Shown here: positions 60,550 through 64,000 of the stretch, in pieces
How the letters are laid out: each line of letters begins with the position of its first letter
Numbering within the stretch: the stretch's first letter is position 1
NCBI GenBank assembly: GCA_964016885.1
Contig: OZ024742.1
Span: forward strand, 315,270,001 to 315,334,000
Length of the DNA: 64,000 bases
From: Eledone cirrhosa
Lineage: Eukaryota
Direction: 5' to 3'
The notes under the pieces: model-generated
Told to the model about the DNA's origin: nothing
Databases searched by the model: none
The model's input: only the letters and a program-made list of their open reading frames with translations
Made by a program: the position numbers and the translations under genes

Positions 60550-61715
60550 TGGTGAAGAAGAGTTGGAGAAAAAGGACGAAAGGCGCACTTACCTTTTCGT
60601 TTCCTGGAGATCGGGTTGTTCAATCTCCATTTGGGTGCTGGATGGGGTGTTGGGTAGGGTGGGGAAAGATTTTAACAGGACGTGGTTTCTGGGTTTCTGG
60701 CATGGTTGCCCACGTCCTGTGAAATTTTTTTTTTCAGGTCATTATAGATTTCCATATAAACCCTTATAAGTTTAAGGTGTGGAGACGATTCTGCCTTGAC
60801 GAAAGTTTTGCCCTCCTTCTCCACCTTGGGGTTTTGGGAGATCAAACTCCATCAAACTCTTGTTGTTTGTGTTGATGTATGCGTATTGTTGTTTGTGTTT
60901 TTGTTGTGTTGTTTTAGTTTGTTGTTCGTCCGGGAGTTTTCTTTTTATGGTGGGGGCTTGTGTTTGGGGTGGTGTTGGTGTCGGTTTTGCTGATAGGGGG
61001 ATGTTTGACTGTGGTGTTGTTTGTGTTGTTGTTTGTATCTGTGGTTGTGTGTTGGTGTTGGTGATTGGAGATTTGGGGTTTTTGTGGTGTCTCTTTTTTT
61101 GTTTTTTAGATTTCCGCGGCTCTCCCTCTTCTTCACTTAAAGGAGAAGCAGCTTCATCCGTCGATGAATAATCATCGTCAGGTGTGTGGGGAAGGGGTAT
61201 GTTGTGTGGTGGTAGTGTTTCGGTGTGTGTGTTTGTGGTAGTGTTTGATGGTGTGGGATGGGGTGGGGCTGTGTTCTTCAGGGCTGTTGTCTCTGTTTTT
61301 TCTGTTGTTGTTGGTTGAGTGTCTGTTTGTTTTTGGTGTGGTTGCTCGTTTCGTCTGTCGTTGTACTTGTGGTGGTGGTGGTTATTTTGGTTTTGGTGTT
61401 GGTAATAGTGTTTTTTTAATGATGTTGTTGATGTGTGTTTGTGAAGGACAAGAGGCTTTTAGGTGTGCTGTGCTATCACAACGAAAGCAATGAAATTTTC
61501 GTCCTTCTACCGAAATGTTTATTTTGTTGTTATCATCGATGACGACTCTTTCGGGTATTTTGGAGATTCTCTCCGGCCTCATTTGCAACAGAATCTCCAA
61601 ATCAGTACCCGCCCACCTTTGTCGAATAGACTTTCGTATCGAAAGAATTGTAGCGACGTGGTTAGTCAGTCTGGTCACTACTTCTGATCAGATCCGAGAA
61701 TAGCCCTTAGAAGGA
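60550..61715 (-). pseudogene. ORF1 (gag-like, zinc knuckle), disrupted
   Basis: ISVEGRKFHCFRCDSTAHLKASC followed by a T/Q/P/K-rich low-complexity region. Confidence 0.75.
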
Positions 61716-61719
61716 CTGT

Positions 61720-62082
61720 TGTCACTGGTGAGAATGGACAGACGAAAGCACAAGTTGAAAAGGACGAAGCAAGGCGAGATGTAAATTCGATCAGCTATTT
61801 ATTTTCACATAAAGCGACGATACAAGGTACAAGGCGTATGTGAGTGACAAAGCGTGGCAGAGTAAAGGAACAACGATACGCTAGCTGACTTTGCCAAAAG
61901 TCGACTGGCGAAAGTGTTTGGGATCACTCTATTTATACAGAAATAATCGTTTGGTGTTTAGACGCTGTGTAGGCGTTTATTCTGATGGTTTCTAAGGGTT
62001 GTTTGTTTTGTTTCACGTTGAGGTAGCTAGCTAACAGATAGATGGCGCTGTATATTTCACAGATAATTCCGGTGGCTGTACA
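61720..62082 (-). mobile_element. 3' LTR of Gypsy element
   Basis: Minus strand begins TG after polypurine tract AGGGGGATAA (62083-62092), contains TATAAATAG (about 61929-61937) and AATAAA (about 61798-61803), and ends in CA; left boundary approximate. Confidence 0.65.
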
Positions 62083-63003
62083 TTATCCCCCTGCCAGATC
62101 TTTTGTACAACAAAAGAGCGAAATATCGTATAGTAATGGGCCAGTGGTGCATTTGTCATGACAATAGCCCCAGGAGTGTCCAGCACGTTGTGAAATTTTG
62201 TGATCATCGAGTACAGGACAGAGTCGAAGTAGAGATGATATGGCAAGATGTGTGTGTCAGGAAGAGAAAAAAGAAATAAACTATAAAATGACTTTGACCA
62301 GATTTATGCAGGCGTGATGAATGAGCCTGTTGCAATTTGGGTTGAGCTGCCTGTGAATTGCGTGACAAAAAGTCTAACTGGGCAGTGAAGATAACCGTAA
62401 TGTGTGAACTGAATGGCCGTAAGCATGCTGCCTAAAAGTAACAGTTTGCTCCACAGTATATGTCTTGAGCGAATGTATGTGGTAAAAAAAATAGCGAGGC
62501 ATTCTCGAGCTATTGAGTGAATGTGTACGTGAAAAAAAAAGGCCAGTGTTTTGAAATGCGTGATCAAAGTGAAAACATTTTGTAGTGTAAGAGTTAGAGG
62601 GACACAAATATCTATTGCTCAGTGTATGAACCAAAAGGTGAAACAAACGTGGTTTTGTAGTGTGCATGAAAAACAGAATATGTACACGCCTTGTATGTAT
62701 ATAAAAATTATGGCAATTACACAATCAATGTTACAGAACAAGAAAAATACAAATTTTTGCAAAACAAGAGAGAGAAGAAAAAAAAGAATGTTATACACAA
62801 TGCTATACACAATGTTTGTTCTTAAATAGTGTTTGTAATAAATAATGTTCATTATAAATAATGTTCCTCGTGATATGAGCACATGGTCACTAAAAATTGC
62901 AATTGTTCAAGCAGAAAGTTCATTGTATTTGAAACTGGAAATAGTAAACACAAAGGAAATGGGAATATTTTGCAAGAAGAATGATGAAGAAACTCACTTG
63001 AGG

Positions 63004-64000
63004 TTAACGGTAATTCACATATTGTGCCAACTTGGCGGGCCAATGGACACGTCGTCCACTTCTCGTGACTGGAAATGAAACAGGTGGCTTGTTGGGACAG
63101 CAATCTGTTGGAGTTTCTGGTGTAGAGAGTGTAACAGTATCCATGATGGCTTTTTTTAATCTGTCCACGCTGACAGAATTCTATTTACCATCTAGATCGA
63201 GAATAAAATATTTCGGATATTTTTTTAGAACACGATAAGAGCCAGAATATGGAGGTCGAAGATGATCTGAGTTGGTGTCGTTTCGAACGAAAACGTGTGT
63301 CCAATCTGTAATGTCTGAAGGTACATGTATGGCCGTGTTCTGTTGACGTGTGCTTGCAGGAGCAAGGTGAGACATATATTGTCGAAGACGGTGTACGTAT
63401 GATCCTGGGTCTGGAACATCCTGAGGAGAGATGGGAGCAACCATCTGACCAGGTAGAACCAGGGTGGTGCCGTACACTAATTCTGCAGGTGTGTGTCCGA
63501 ATTCCTCCTTAACGGTGGATCGAATGCCCAAAAGGATGAGTGGTAGGTATTCAAACCAGTGGGTCTTGTCTGGATATGCTTTTATTGCAGCTTTCAATTG
63601 ACGATGGAATCTTTCCACGAGACCATTAGCTTGCGGGTGATAAGCTGTCGTGCGGATGTGTTTACATCCTAACAGGCGAGTCAGTTCCCTGAAGAGGTGG
63701 GAGTCAAACTGGCGTCCTCTGTCCGTTGTTATCTTCGCTGGGGCGCCATAACGTGATACCCAGTGTAAAACCAAAGTTTTAGCGACTGTTTCCGCTGAGG
63801 TATCATTTATGGGAAAAGCCTCAGGCCAACGGTAAAATCGATCTATGCAAGTGAGCAAGTGTGTGTAGTTCTGTGATGGTGGTAGAGGTCCGACGATGTC
63901 GATATGCACATGATGAAAACGTGCATCAGGTTGCGCGAATGTGCCGAGTGGAGTTTTGATGTGTCTGTGGACTTTGGCTTTCTGGCAGGCAATGCAGCTC
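63004..64000 (-). pseudogene. Gypsy/Ty3 integrase (runs off window; nonsense codon at 63181-63183)
   Basis: [47 protein letters not shown] (GPY-like); reading frame continues *NSVSVDRLKKA..TRSGRRVHWP. Confidence 0.93.

Larger units (their letters stand above)
56878..61719 (-). mobile_element. Tx1/L1-clade non-LTR retrotransposon, decayed, 5' end interrupted
   Basis: ORF1 with CCHC knuckle, ORF2 with APE+RT+Zn; AATAAA then (ATCT)n at the 3' end. Confidence 0.92.

Overview
AT-rich, repeat-saturated eukaryotic DNA, most likely from a coleoid cephalopod such as Octopus (inferred from the SINE types and (TA)n/(CA)n/(AG)n density). No host protein-coding gene can be confidently called. Main elements: (i) an apparently intact Naiad-type Penelope-like retroelement (PLE) with a 709-aa RT+GIY-YIG ORF and pseudo-LTRs; (ii) a decayed Tx1/L1-clade LINE, cut at its 5' end by the 3' half of a Gypsy LTR retrotransposon; (iii) RTE LINE fragments, many tRNA-derived SINEs, DNA-transposon relics, and mini/microsatellites. 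The striking feature is RNA-level. About 25 hammerhead-ribozyme (HHR) motifs were read by eye, nearly all in short PLE tails or tandem repeats inserted into (TA)n tracts. They include 316/319-bp retrozyme-like arrays with a U3-A8 variant core. They also include a 524/645-bp tandem-repeat family whose HHR core strands occur in a non-circularly permuted (pseudoknotted) order, joined by a predicted kink-turn and supported by compensatory base changes. All structures were folded manually and none is experimentally or computationally verified.
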